Origin: an uncultured bacterium
GTDB taxonomy: Bacteria; Actinomycetota; Coriobacteriia; Coriobacteriales; Coriobacteriaceae
Direction: 5' to 3'
Assembly (NCBI GenBank): GCA_905214385.1
Contig: CAJMMF010000005.1
Span: 16,345-80,344 of the forward strand
Length of the DNA: 64,000 nucleotides
In this document: piece after piece, positions 50,540 through 59,793 of the stretch
Layout: every line of letters starts with the position of its first letter
Position numbering within the stretch: position 1 is the stretch's first letter
Translations under genes and position numbers: made by a program
Notes under the pieces: generated by a model
Databases searched by the model: none
The model's input: the letters and a program-made list of their open reading frames with translations, nothing else
Told to the model about the DNA's origin: nothing

Positions 50540-51340
50540 GTGGGATTTCGCGACGTTAAGCGTTCTAAGAGCGCAAAAGACACGCGTATCATTGCAATCA
50601 TCAATCAAAAAGGCGGCGTCGGTAAGTCAACGACGGCTGTGAACCTTGCAGCAGCACTGGGTGAGCAGGGTCGTAAGACACTGATTGTCGATTTTGATCC
50701 GCAGGGAAACAGCACCAGTGGATTTGGAATTGAAAAAGAAGACCTTGATCGCTGCATCTATGATGCATTGTTGAATGATGTGCCGGCAGAATCGCTTGTT
50801 CTTGATACAAATTGCAAAAAGGTATTCGTAATTCCAGCTACGATTCAGCTTGCAGGTGCCGAAATTGAGCTCGTAAGCGCAATTGCTCGTGAAACCCGCC
50901 TCAAAGATTTGCTTGAGCCGATTCAGGACGAGTTCGATTTTATTTTCATTGACTGTCCTCCTTCACTCGGCCTGCTTACTATCAATGCCTTGACCGCAGC
51001 AGACAGCGTTTTGATTCCGATCCAGTGCGAGTACTACGCACTCGAGGGCGTTACGAAGCTGCTAGAGTCAATGAAGATGGTCAAATCACGTCTGAACAAG
51101 GGCTTAGACACCTATGGTGTGCTTATGACCATGTATGACTCGCGTACTTCTCTATCGAATCAGGTTGTTGAGGAGGTTCAATCGTACTTTGGTGATAAGG
51201 CATTTAAGACGCTAATCCCCCGTACGGTTAAAATCTCCGAAGCTCCGTCTTTTGGAGAACCGGTAATTACCTATGCACCTCAAAATAAGGGTGCAAAAGC
51301 GTATATGAACCTTGCAAAAGAGGTGATCAAGCGTGCCTAG
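50540..51340 (+). CDS. parA: chromosome partitioning ATPase ParA/Soj
   Basis: The deviant Walker A is INQKGGVGKSTTAVNLA. Also contains DCPPSLGLLT. The start is GTG, after AGGAGG. Confidence 0.95.
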   Translation: MGFRDVKRSKSAKDTRIIAIINQKGGVGKSTTAVNLAAALGEQGRKTLIVDFDPQGNSTSGFGIEKEDLDRCIYDALLNDVPAESLVLDTNCKKVFVIPATIQLAGAEIELVSAIARETRLKDLLEPIQDEFDFIFIDCPPSLGLLTINALTAADSVLIPIQCEYYALEGVTKLLESMKMVKSRLNKGLDTYGVLMTMYDSRTSLSNQVVEEVQSYFGDKAFKTLIPRTVKISEAPSFGEPVITYAPQNKGAKAYMNLAKEVIKRA

Positions 51341-52238
51341 TGTAAAGAAACGTGGCGGATTGGGACGTGGACTCAATGCTTTGGTCTCAGAGGCCGAGTA
51401 TGAGACCGGTGGTTCTGCTGTATCTGCTTCAAATGCCGCATCTGTAACAAAACTACCTATTGAGGATATCGTTCCCAACCCTAATCAACCGCGAATTCAT
51501 TTTAATGAAACTGAACTTCGCGAGTTGAGCGAGTCAATCCAAGAGCATGGCGTTTTGCAGCCGCTCTTGGTTCGCAAGCATGGAAACGGCTATGAGATCA
51601 TCGCTGGTGAGCGTCGGTATCAGGCATCAAAGCTTGCTGGTCTTGAGGAACTGCCTGTCATCATTAAAGATGTAAATGATGAAGAGATGCTGGCTCTTGC
51701 TCTTATCGAAAACCTTCAGCGTTCTGATCTGAATCCCGTCGAAGAGGCTAAGGGCTATCGCCAGCTTATCGATGCCAGCGGTATGACCCAGGAGGCATTG
51801 TCGAAAGCAGTAAGCAAGTCACGCTCTGCAATTACAAACTCGCTGCGCCTTCTCGATCTCCCCGAAGTAGTTCAGCAGATGATTTTTGAGGGTAAACTTA
51901 CTGCTGGACATGCACGTGCGATTCTTGCAGTTCCCTATGAGGACGCGCGAATTCGACTTGCAGAGAAGGTTGTTGCGGAGGGCCTTTCCGTAAGAGCGAC
52001 AGAAAATCTTGCTCCATTGTTTTCTGCCGGAGAGACAACTAAGACGCCACGGCCTGCAACGCCTCAGTCTTTTAAAAAGGCTGCGCGTGTACTTCGTCAG
52101 GTATTTAATACCAACGTTCGTGTGAAGAGCTCGCGTGGAAAGAATAAGATTGAGATTGAGTTTAAAGACGAGGAAGAGCTCTCTCGTATTCTTGGTGAAA
52201 TGATTCAGTTTGATCAAGGAGGCCAAGATGAGGAATAA
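51333..52238 (+). CDS. parB: chromosome partitioning protein ParB/Spo0J
   Basis: Contains GGLGRGLNALV, IVPNPNQPR and the CTP-binding box YEIIAGERRYQASKLAG. Also has the HTH MTQEALSKAVSKSRSAITNSLRLL. The GTG start overlaps the parA stop. Confidence 0.95.
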   Translation: MPSVKKRGGLGRGLNALVSEAEYETGGSAVSASNAASVTKLPIEDIVPNPNQPRIHFNETELRELSESIQEHGVLQPLLVRKHGNGYEIIAGERRYQASKLAGLEELPVIIKDVNDEEMLALALIENLQRSDLNPVEEAKGYRQLIDASGMTQEALSKAVSKSRSAITNSLRLLDLPEVVQQMIFEGKLTAGHARAILAVPYEDARIRLAEKVVAEGLSVRATENLAPLFSAGETTKTPRPATPQSFKKAARVLRQVFNTNVRVKSSRGKNKIEIEFKDEEELSRILGEMIQFDQGGQDEE

Positions 52239-52482
52239 GATTTTTTCTGCGATTGCATTGGCGACGACTGTCGCGGCTGGTGCCTTTGCTGGCTATAAGA
52301 TCGCGACAGACGATGAACTTCGAGGTCGTTTGCTTCGTGGCGCGCAAGATATCGTTGATACGTCAAAGAAGAAAATGGATGTTATGACAGAAGATGTTGC
52401 CATGCGCACTGCTCAGGTAACGAAAAATCCTAAGATTAATCAAGGTTGGGTTAGCAACCAATGGGAAAATGTAGGCTATTAG
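52228..52482 (+). CDS. small membrane-anchored protein (YtxH-like)
   Basis: 84 aa. The ATG follows AAGGAGG. It has an N-terminal TM helix (IFSAIALATTVAAGAFAGY) and then a charged helical region. It overlaps the end of parB. Confidence 0.55.
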   Translation: MRNKIFSAIALATTVAAGAFAGYKIATDDELRGRLLRGAQDIVDTSKKKMDVMTEDVAMRTAQVTKNPKINQGWVSNQWENVGY

Positions 52483-52491
52483 GTACCTAAC
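52479..52491. repeat. 13-mer TTAGGTACCTAAC, copy 2
   Basis: Read directly. It contains the TAG stop of the small gene at 52228-52482. Confidence 0.9.
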
Positions 52492-52509
52492 AATTACCCT
52501 GCATATTTT

Positions 52510-52553
52510 AAGGGGCCCTTGTCTGATTCATGAGACAAGGGCCCCTTATTTTG
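52510..52553 (+). terminator. strong intrinsic terminator ending the rsmG-parAB unit
   Basis: AAGGGGCCCTTGTCT-GATTCATG-AGACAAGGGCCCCTT (15-bp stem) followed by ATTTTG. Confidence 0.8.
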
Positions 52554-52646
52554 TCCGTAAATAATGGGAAAGGTAGCAGCTGGTCCAAAATTGATGTCAA
52601 TAATGAAACGGCCCCGATTGCATATCCTGCAACCGGGGCCGTTCGA

Positions 52647-52662
52647 TGTTTCACATGAAACG
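52647..52662. other. degenerate parS-like site
   Basis: TGTTTCACATGAAACG has two mismatches to the parS 16-mer. It lies between the rlmN stop and a hairpin (AACGGCCCCG...CGGGGCCGTT, 52607-52645). Confidence 0.4.
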
Positions 52663-52680
52663 TTTTGGAGTAAGACTCCC

Positions 52681-53733
52681 CTATGCGTTCTTCTGAACTT
52701 TGAAGCGCTGTTTCAGCTGTCCGCAAGCGGCGTCAATATCGTTACCACGGGAGTTACGAATCGTGGTCTCGATGCCACGGGACTCAAGACGACGCTGAAG
52801 ATCCTCAACCTTATGAATCGGCGACGGCTTGAGCGGGCTGCCCTCGATGTCGTTTAGTTGAATCAGGTTAACGTGGCACAGCGTTCCCTCGCAGAAGTCG
52901 CAGAGTGCCTGCATCTCGGGATTCGTATCGTTGACGCCTTCGATCATGGCATACTCATAGGTCGGGCGGCGGCCAGTCTTCTCGGTGTAGAGCTGAAGCG
53001 CTTCGTGAAGGCGAAGCAGCGTGTACTTCTTAACACCGGGCATGAGCTTATTGCGCGTCGACTGGATGGCGGAATGCAGGGAAACGGCAAGCGTGAACTG
53101 CTCGGGGATGTCGGCAAATTTGCGAATACCGGGAATAACGCCGCTGGTAGAGACGGTGAGGTGACGAGCGCCGATACCGATACCATCGGGGTCGTTGAGG
53201 ATACGCAATGCCTTGAGAACCTCGTCGTAGTTGGCAAACGGCTCGCCCTGGCCCATGAAGACAACGCTTGTGGCACGCTCGCCAAAGTCGTTGGATACAT
53301 GAAGCACCTGGTCGACGATCTCTTGAGCGGTCAGAGAGCGCTTGAGGCCGTTGAGACCGGTAGCGCAAAAGGCGCAGCCCATGCCGCAGCCTGCCTGGGT
53401 GGAAACGCAGACGGAAAGTTTGTTACGACGGGGCATGCCGACAGTCTCGACGGAAATGCCATCGTGGTACTCGAGCAGATACTTGCGCGAGCCATCTTTG
53501 GAAACCTGCTTGGTGAGTTCAGTCGGCGTATCAAAGGCAAAAGCCTCTTTAAGCTGCTCACGGAAAGCCTTGGGAAGGTTGGTCATATCGTCAAACGAAC
53601 AAACGTTCTTCTCAAAGACCCATTCGATGAGCTGCTTCGCGCGGAAGGCGGGCTGGCCAAGTTCGGCCACGAGCTCGCGAATATCGTTTTGGCTCAAGTC
53701 GCGAATGTCCTGAGATTTAGTCTTGGGATTCAT
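52681..53733 (-). CDS. rlmN: 23S rRNA/tRNA (adenine-C2)-methyltransferase, radical SAM
   Basis: Contains FRAKQLIEWVF, the radical SAM cluster motif CVSTQAGCGMGCAFCATG and the second Cys motif DIDAACGQL. Confidence 0.93.
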   Translation of the reverse strand: MNPKTKSQDIRDLSQNDIRELVAELGQPAFRAKQLIEWVFEKNVCSFDDMTNLPKAFREQLKEAFAFDTPTELTKQVSKDGSRKYLLEYHDGISVETVGMPRRNKLSVCVSTQAGCGMGCAFCATGLNGLKRSLTAQEIVDQVLHVSNDFGERATSVVFMGQGEPFANYDEVLKALRILNDPDGIGIGARHLTVSTSGVIPGIRKFADIPEQFTLAVSLHSAIQSTRNKLMPGVKKYTLLRLHEALQLYTEKTGRRPTYEYAMIEGVNDTNPEMQALCDFCEGTLCHVNLIQLNDIEGSPLKPSPIHKVEDLQRRLESRGIETTIRNSRGNDIDAACGQLKQRFKVQKNA

Positions 53734-53818
53734 GGAAGCCTTTCGATTTTGGGGAAACGTAGAGGGTATCGCTACAATATGGTATCAGCTGCAGAAATTA
53801 TAGAGGAGGAGTCTGCCC

Positions 53819-54784
53819 ATGCCGGGTAAAAGCCTAGAGAACATGCACGTAGCGGTCTTGGCGGGCGGTCATTCCGCCGAGCGCGAGATCTCGCTCGATT
53901 CGGGAAAGAATGTTGTGGTGGCACTGAAGGAAGCCGGCTACACCTCGGTGGAGCTGCTTGACACGGCCGCTGATGACTTTATGGTAACCATGGCGACCGG
54001 CGGATTCGATGTGGCATTTATCGCCATGCACGGCGCCGGCGGTGAGGATGGCGCCATGCAGGGTGCCATGGAGACCCTGGGTATCCCCTACACGGCCTCG
54101 GGCGTACTTGCCAGCGCCTGCGGTGCCGACAAGGAGGTCTCTAAGCTCCTATACGCCAAGGCGGGCATTCCCATTGCCCCCGGCCTTGCGCTCGAGGTGG
54201 GCGACGAAGTCGATATCGATCATATCGTCGAGGTTTGTGGCGAGCGCTGCTTTGTGAAGCCGGCCGTCAACGGTTCCAGCTATGGCATTTCCCTGGTCCA
54301 TGAGCCCTCCGAGCTGCCCGCGGCAATCGCCAAGGCGTTTGAGTACGGCGACAAAGTGCTGGTCGAGAAGTGCATCGAGGGTACCGAGGTCACCGTCGGC
54401 GTATACGGCGAAGATGACGTGCGCGCCCTGCCGATTGTCGAGATTCGTAAGCCCGAGGACTGCGAGTTCTACGATCTGGACGTGAAGTATGTCGACCCTA
54501 CGGATATCCATCGCATTCCGGCGCAGATTTCACCCGAGAATTACGCTCGCGCTCAGGAACTTGCCTGTGCCGCTCACAAGGCCCTCGGTTGCCTGGGTAT
54601 CTCGCGCAGCGACTTTATTGTGAGCGAGGACGGCCCCGTTATCCTCGAGACCAATACCATTCCCGGCATGACCGATACGTCGCTGTATCCGGATGAGATC
54701 CGCCACACCGACGACATGACGTTCCCGCAGGTCTGTGACAGCCTGATCCGTATGGGCCTTCGTCGAGCGGGCATTGCATGCTAA
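53819..54784 (+). CDS. ddl: D-alanine--D-alanine ligase
   Basis: Contains VAVLAGGHSAEREISL, HGAGGEDGAMQGAMETLGIPYTASG and EINTIPGMT-like (ETNTIPGMTDTS). SD is GAGGAGGAG. Confidence 0.93.
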   Translation: MPGKSLENMHVAVLAGGHSAEREISLDSGKNVVVALKEAGYTSVELLDTAADDFMVTMATGGFDVAFIAMHGAGGEDGAMQGAMETLGIPYTASGVLASACGADKEVSKLLYAKAGIPIAPGLALEVGDEVDIDHIVEVCGERCFVKPAVNGSSYGISLVHEPSELPAAIAKAFEYGDKVLVEKCIEGTEVTVGVYGEDDVRALPIVEIRKPEDCEFYDLDVKYVDPTDIHRIPAQISPENYARAQELACAAHKALGCLGISRSDFIVSEDGPVILETNTIPGMTDTSLYPDEIRHTDDMTFPQVCDSLIRMGLRRAGIAC

Positions 54785-57672
54785 TCGAGGACGCGGTTTC
54801 GTCAGGAACGCCGCAGTTTGTCATCGACTCCTATGCCACGCTTGCCGACCGCGCCAAAACGCAGTCCTTCGGCCTTATCGAGGAAGATGTGATTATCCTC
54901 GATACCGAGACCACGGGTCTTTCGGTGCAGGACAACGAGCTGATCGAGATCTCGGCGGCCCGTCTTTCGGGCCGCGAGGTCATCGACCGCTTCGATACCT
55001 TCGTGCATCCCAAACAGCTGATTCCCGCCGAGATTACCGAGCTCACGAGCATTACAAATGCCGATGTGGCAGATGCCCCGTCGGCGGTTGAGGCCGTCGC
55101 CGCTCTCGCCGATTTTGTCGGTGGCTGCCCGGTGATCGCACACAACGCCACGTTCGACCGCTCGTTTATCGAGTCGGTCAAAGGCGGCGTCAACGTGAGC
55201 GATATTTGGATCGATTCGCTGGCGCTGTCGCGCATCGCGCTTCCGCGCCTGGCCTCGCACAAGCTGTCTTTTATGGCCGATCTGTTTGGCTGCGACTCGG
55301 TATCACACCGTGCCAATGCCGACGTCGACGCCCTGTGTGGCGTATGGCGCGTGTTGCTCGTGGCGCTCACCGACTTGCCCCAGGGCCTCATGGCGCGCCT
55401 AGCCGACATGCACCCGGATGTGCCTTGGTCCTATCGTCCTATATTCTCATTCTTGGCGGGACAGAACCCTGGTTCTATCTTCTCTCTCAGCGCCGCTCGT
55501 GCTGACGTTCTCAAGGCCGATCGCGCCGACGATCGGGTGGACGCCGACGAACTGCCGGTCCTCAAGATGCCGAGTCGTGAGGAGATTGAGGCAGACTATG
55601 CGCCGGGTGGCCTGGTCAATCGCATGTATCCCACCTACGAGCCGCGTGATGAGCAGATCGCGATGGCGCTCGAGGTCCGCGATGCGCTGGTCACGGGCAC
55701 TCATCGTGTAATTGAGGCGGGCACAGGCGTCGGCAAATCGATGGCCTATCTGGTGCCTTTTGCCGAGGCAGCACGCCGTAACAACATCACGGTTGGTATT
55801 GCGACCAAATCGAACAATCTTGCCGACCAGCTCATGTACCATGAGCTGCCAAAACTTGCCGAGCAACTGGACGGTGGTCTGTCATTTTGCGCGCTCAAGG
55901 GGTATGACCACTATCCGTGCCTGCGCAAGCTTGAGCGCATGAGCCGCGGCCAGGTCGAGATTACCACCAAGCGCGATCCGGCGGACACGCTCACGGCGGT
56001 CGCGGTCATTATGGCGTACGTCTGCCAATCAGCCGATGGCGACCTCGACTCGCTCGGCATTCGGTGGCGCAGCGTCAACCGTCCCGACTTTACGACGGCC
56101 TCGCGCGAGTGTGCTCGTCGCCTCTGCCCGTTTTTCCCTGATAAATGTTTGGTCCACGGTGCTCGCCGTCGTGCGGCGCATGCCGATGTGGTGGTCACCA
56201 ACCATTCCCTGCTGTTCCGCAACGTCGCGGCCGAGGGCAGGATTTTACCTCCGATTCGTCATTGGGTAATCGACGAGGCCCATTCCATCGAGCGCGAGGC
56301 GCGCCGCCAGTGGGCGCGCGTGGTGTCGGCGGACGAATCACGCGTTCTGTTTGAGCGCCTGGGTGGCTCGAGCACCGGCGCGCTAAGCCAGGTTTCCCGT
56401 GATTTGGCAACCTCCGAGGGCTCTACGCTCTATCTGGGCCTTACTGCCAAGGCGACGTCGACGGTTGCGCGCGCGAGCATGGCGATCGCCGACGTGTTCG
56501 ATGGAGTACGCGAGCTCGGCCGCCGTGCCCGTGGGAGTTATGACAATGCCAATCTGTGGATTGGCCCCGAGCTGCGCGAATCAGACGACTGGCATGATTT
56601 CTTACAGTCGGCCTACACTGCCATCGCCGCATTGGAACAAGCTGACAAGAGCGTCGACGCGCTGGTGCAAGCCGTCGCCGCCGACAAGCCCGAGGTTGTT
56701 GTCGACCTGGGTGATATCTCGCGCCGCCTGCACGAGCTGGCCGAGAACCTCAAACTCATCATTGATGGCACCGATGAACACTACGTGTATTCGCTGCAGG
56801 TCAATCGCAGGCTGCGTGCCGGCGGAGAGTCGATGACCGCAGAGCGCATCGACATTGGCGAGGCCTTGGCAACCGAGTGGCTGCCCGAGGTTCACACGGC
56901 TATCTTTGCCTCAGCGACCATGACGGTGTCCAAAAGCTTTGAGCACTTCAACCATGCTGTCGGGCTCGATCGCATCGGTGCTTCAACATCTTCATCGCTG
57001 CACTTGGACTCGAGCTACGACTTCGATTCGAATATGGCCGTGGTTGTGGCTGGGGATATTCCCGATCCACGCGACCGCGAAGGCTATCTTTCGGCGCTCG
57101 AGCGTGTGCTGGTCGACGCTCATCTTGCCATGGGCGGCTCGGTGCTCACGCTGTTCACCAACAGGCGTGATATGGAGGAGCTGTACGCTCGCGTCGAGCC
57201 CAAGCTTGCCCGTGCGAGTCTGGAACTCAACTGCCAACAGCGCAACTCATCTCCTCGTCGCCTGCGCGACCGGTTTATCAACGAACCGACCTCGTCGCTT
57301 TTTGCGCTCAAGGCCTTCTGGGAGGGGTTTGATGCCAGCGGCGAGACGCTGCGCTGCGTCATCATTCCCAAGTTGCCGTTCTCGAGCCCCACGGACCCGC
57401 TCTCGTGCGAGCGCAACCTGCGCGAAGACCGCGCATGGGCGCGCTATTCGCTGCCCGAGGCGGTGCTCGAGGTTAAGCAGGCCGCGGGGCGTTTGATTCG
57501 CTCGTCGACCGATAGCGGTGTGCTGATCTTGGCGGATCCTCGCCTGGTGACGAAGGGCTATGGCAAGAAGTTCTTAACGTCGCTGCCCACGAGCTCCTAC
57601 CAGCGCATCGAATCGGCGCAGATCGGGCACTATCTACAGCTGTGGCGTGCACGCCACGAGCGGCGGCGCTAA
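54778..57672 (+). CDS. dinG: DinG-family helicase with an N-terminal DnaQ-like 3'-5' exonuclease domain
   Basis: The exonuclease motifs are VIILDTETTGL and IAHNATFDRSF. Helicase motif I is EAGTGVGKS, the DEAH-type box is VIDEAHS and the C-terminal motifs are GTARFWEG-like (LKAFWEGFD). Length is 964 aa. Confidence 0.88.
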   Translation: MLIEDAVSSGTPQFVIDSYATLADRAKTQSFGLIEEDVIILDTETTGLSVQDNELIEISAARLSGREVIDRFDTFVHPKQLIPAEITELTSITNADVADAPSAVEAVAALADFVGGCPVIAHNATFDRSFIESVKGGVNVSDIWIDSLALSRIALPRLASHKLSFMADLFGCDSVSHRANADVDALCGVWRVLLVALTDLPQGLMARLADMHPDVPWSYRPIFSFLAGQNPGSIFSLSAARADVLKADRADDRVDADELPVLKMPSREEIEADYAPGGLVNRMYPTYEPRDEQIAMALEVRDALVTGTHRVIEAGTGVGKSMAYLVPFAEAARRNNITVGIATKSNNLADQLMYHELPKLAEQLDGGLSFCALKGYDHYPCLRKLERMSRGQVEITTKRDPADTLTAVAVIMAYVCQSADGDLDSLGIRWRSVNRPDFTTASRECARRLCPFFPDKCLVHGARRRAAHADVVVTNHSLLFRNVAAEGRILPPIRHWVIDEAHSIEREARRQWARVVSADESRVLFERLGGSSTGALSQVSRDLATSEGSTLYLGLTAKATSTVARASMAIADVFDGVRELGRRARGSYDNANLWIGPELRESDDWHDFLQSAYTAIAALEQADKSVDALVQAVAADKPEVVVDLGDISRRLHELAENLKLIIDGTDEHYVYSLQVNRRLRAGGESMTAERIDIGEALATEWLPEVHTAIFASATMTVSKSFEHFNHAVGLDRIGASTSSSLHLDSSYDFDSNMAVVVAGDIPDPRDREGYLSALERVLVDAHLAMGGSVLTLFTNRRDMEELYARVEPKLARASLELNCQQRNSSPRRLRDRFINEPTSSLFALKAFWEGFDASGETLRCVIIPKLPFSSPTDPLSCERNLREDRAWARYSLPEAVLEVKQAAGRLIRSSTDSGVLILADPRLVTKGYGKKFLTSLPTSSYQRIESAQIGHYLQLWRARHERRR

Positions 57673-58586
57673 AGCGGACAGACGAGGGCTTTTGCCATAT
57701 CGCACAGACGCTTTGACAGGGCGGGGTCATCCAAGATGCGGATGGCTCCGCCCGCTGCGATTATCTGGCTCAGCAGCCAACGCTCGGAGCCGTAATGTAC
57801 GGTTACCGTTGCCATGTCTGTCCCGCTGCGCTCGATTAGGGTGATGCCGGCCCAGTCCAGATGCTCCGCCATATCGAATGGCATCAAGAGCTTTGCGCTA
57901 CGCTGCGTCCGGGCAAGGGAATCGTGGAGGGATGCAACGTCCGGTGCGTGAGGCACGACGGAGTCTTCCGTCAAGGCGAGTCCCTCGATTTTATCCATGC
58001 GATAGGTGCGCTGCTCATCGACCGCGATGTCCCAGGCAATCAGATATGTTTGGTCGCCGTTTGCCGTAATGCGCAAGGGGTCGACCAGACGCTCGCGTGG
58101 CCGTGCATCGTCCATCGAGCGATACGAGATACGACAGCGAACGCCGTCCTGAATGGCGCAGCTCAGCTGCTGCCAGTGCGACCCGTGGTTGACGGTGTCA
58201 AAGACGTGCTGGTTATAGCCGAGCTCTTCGGGTAGAAGAGCATGTCGAATTCGAGCCGCCGCCTGGGGCTCGATCCCCAACGATTCAAGTTCGTGGTTGA
58301 GCACAGCGCCCTCGGCGGCACTCAGGCGCAGCGGTAGTACACGCCCGGCGTCACCGGTGAGGACCACGCGCTCGCCGTGGCATTCGCAGATGATACGCGC
58401 ACCCGATTCTCGGTCCGCGAGCGTCGAGACGATCTCGAGAATCTCGTCGAGCGACGCCCCCGTGATGTCAAAGCGGCTGCAAATCTCGGTTCGTGTCATG
58501 CCGCTCTCGCCGGCGGCGTAGAGGGCCTCCATGATGTCGATGGCGCGCGAGAGCCTCTGCTCGCTGGTGAGTTTACGCACGGGCAT
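57669..58586 (-). CDS. HTH-WYL domain transcriptional regulator (PafC-like, second of a tandem pair)
   Basis: The N-terminal wHTH is MTRTEICSRFDITGASLDEILEIV. The WYL-type core is RCRISYRSMDDARPRERLVDPLRITANGDQTYLIAWD. The ATG at 58584-58586 overlaps the upstream gene by 14 nt. The stop overlaps the dinG stop (CTAA). Confidence 0.75.
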   Translation of the reverse strand: MPVRKLTSEQRLSRAIDIMEALYAAGESGMTRTEICSRFDITGASLDEILEIVSTLADRESGARIICECHGERVVLTGDAGRVLPLRLSAAEGAVLNHELESLGIEPQAAARIRHALLPEELGYNQHVFDTVNHGSHWQQLSCAIQDGVRCRISYRSMDDARPRERLVDPLRITANGDQTYLIAWDIAVDEQRTYRMDKIEGLALTEDSVVPHAPDVASLHDSLARTQRSAKLLMPFDMAEHLDWAGITLIERSGTDMATVTVHYGSERWLLSQIIAAGGAIRILDDPALSKRLCDMAKALVCPL

Positions 58587-59595
58587 GCTCGTGCACCGTC
58601 CTTTCAATGAGGTGGTTCCACGCCTGCTTGAGCGATTTGGGGGCCATGGGCCTCATGCCGTCCATGGCGTGGGCCATGCAAAATGAGGCGGCGGCTTCAA
58701 GATCGCGCACGTCAACGGTCCAAGTCCATCCCGAATCGGTGTGTGCGAGCTCACCTCGCCCGCGCGTGAGGCCGTTGATCATATCGATCTGCGTCTGCGG
58801 GGCGAACGAGAACGTAGCCGCAACGGGCGGGCGGTCGGCAAAATCGAATTCAAAGAACAGGTAGTCGTTGAGATTGAAGTCTGCAGGGATGGCGTAGGCC
58901 TTCGAAGGACGCCAAGCGCGAACGATACGGTCGCAGCGGAATGTCCTGATGTCGTCGGTGGCATTGTCGAGGCCGCAGAAGTACGCAACGCCCTCGCGCT
59001 CGAACATGCCGTAGACGCAGACGGTACGCTCTTTCTGCTCACCGCGTCCGTTCTGATATAAAAATCGCAGCGCGCATCGCTCGGCAAAGGCGCTCCATAC
59101 CGCATCGACGGTGGGAGAGCGGCGGATCGGTGCTTCGTCCGCCGTCGTCCTGCCGGTGAGGTAGGCAATCTTGGAACGAATATCGGCAAGCGGCGCGGCA
59201 AAAGTGGATGAGCCGGCCGCTATTGTCTGGTCGATAGCGTTGAGCAGGATATCGGCGTCGTCTGCGGTGATGAGGCCGCCTGCCGCAAACGTGTGCTCGC
59301 GGTCGATTGTCCATGAGCTTTCCTCGGTCTCCTGCGCGCCGGCGGGGCGAACCTCCTTGATTAAGATGCCGCGTTCGAGCAGTTTGTCACGATCGCGCCG
59401 AAACTTGCGCTTATCCGAGTCGATATTGCCCGAGCCATATCCCAGGTCAGAATCCAAGACGATCTGCTCGGTCGCCAGCGGTTCGGGGGAGCTGTTGAGC
59501 ACAAAGAAAAGATTGAGGATGCGCTGAGCCGTTTTATCGAAACTGGGCTCCGAATTCCCCTTTTTTATTGTCGCGGTCGCGTCGCTTGCCGTCAT
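58573..59595 (-). CDS. HTH-WYL domain transcriptional regulator (PafB-like, first of a tandem pair)
   Basis: 340 aa. The N-terminal wHTH is RILNLFFVLNSSPEPLATEQIV. The WYL-type core is ALRFLYQNGRGEQKERTVCVYGMFEREGVAYFCGLD. A C-terminal extension domain follows. Confidence 0.75.
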   Translation of the reverse strand: MTASDATATIKKGNSEPSFDKTAQRILNLFFVLNSSPEPLATEQIVLDSDLGYGSGNIDSDKRKFRRDRDKLLERGILIKEVRPAGAQETEESSWTIDREHTFAAGGLITADDADILLNAIDQTIAAGSSTFAAPLADIRSKIAYLTGRTTADEAPIRRSPTVDAVWSAFAERCALRFLYQNGRGEQKERTVCVYGMFEREGVAYFCGLDNATDDIRTFRCDRIVRAWRPSKAYAIPADFNLNDYLFFEFDFADRPPVAATFSFAPQTQIDMINGLTRGRGELAHTDSGWTWTVDVRDLEAAASFCMAHAMDGMRPMAPKSLKQAWNHLIERTVHEHARA

Positions 59596-59663
59596 AGAGT
59601 CCTCGCATGAGAAGGTGGTTTGCTGCCATGATTTTAGTCCGATATGGAGATTAGGCTATATCC

Positions 59664-59725
59664 TTGTCCGCTCGGGGCGTTAAGATGGCCCGAATTCGGT
59701 CGTTTGCGCTCGCTCGGGGTATACT
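59664..59725 (+). promoter_or_regulatory. two promoter-like modules sharing CGCTCGGGG next to a -10 hexamer
   Basis: TTGTCCGCTCGGGGCGTTAAGAT (59664-59686) and TTTGCGCTCGCTCGGGGTATACT (59703-59725). Both point toward the M28-like gene and lie in the divergent region shared with the WYL pair. Confidence 0.35.
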
Positions 59726-59793
59726 TTCGACTATATACGGTTCTAATGTGCATGCATTGGGCCTATTTGTCGGATTATGGATGTGGAGCGCAC

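Noticed and set aside
54778-59595. DinG helicase-nuclease plus WYL regulators as an anti-phage defence island
   Set aside because: DinG with an N-terminal DnaQ-like exonuclease is the housekeeping form in Gram-positive bacteria. It is translationally coupled to ddl. No other defence genes or mobile-element hallmarks are nearby. The WYL pair fits the PafBC architecture better.
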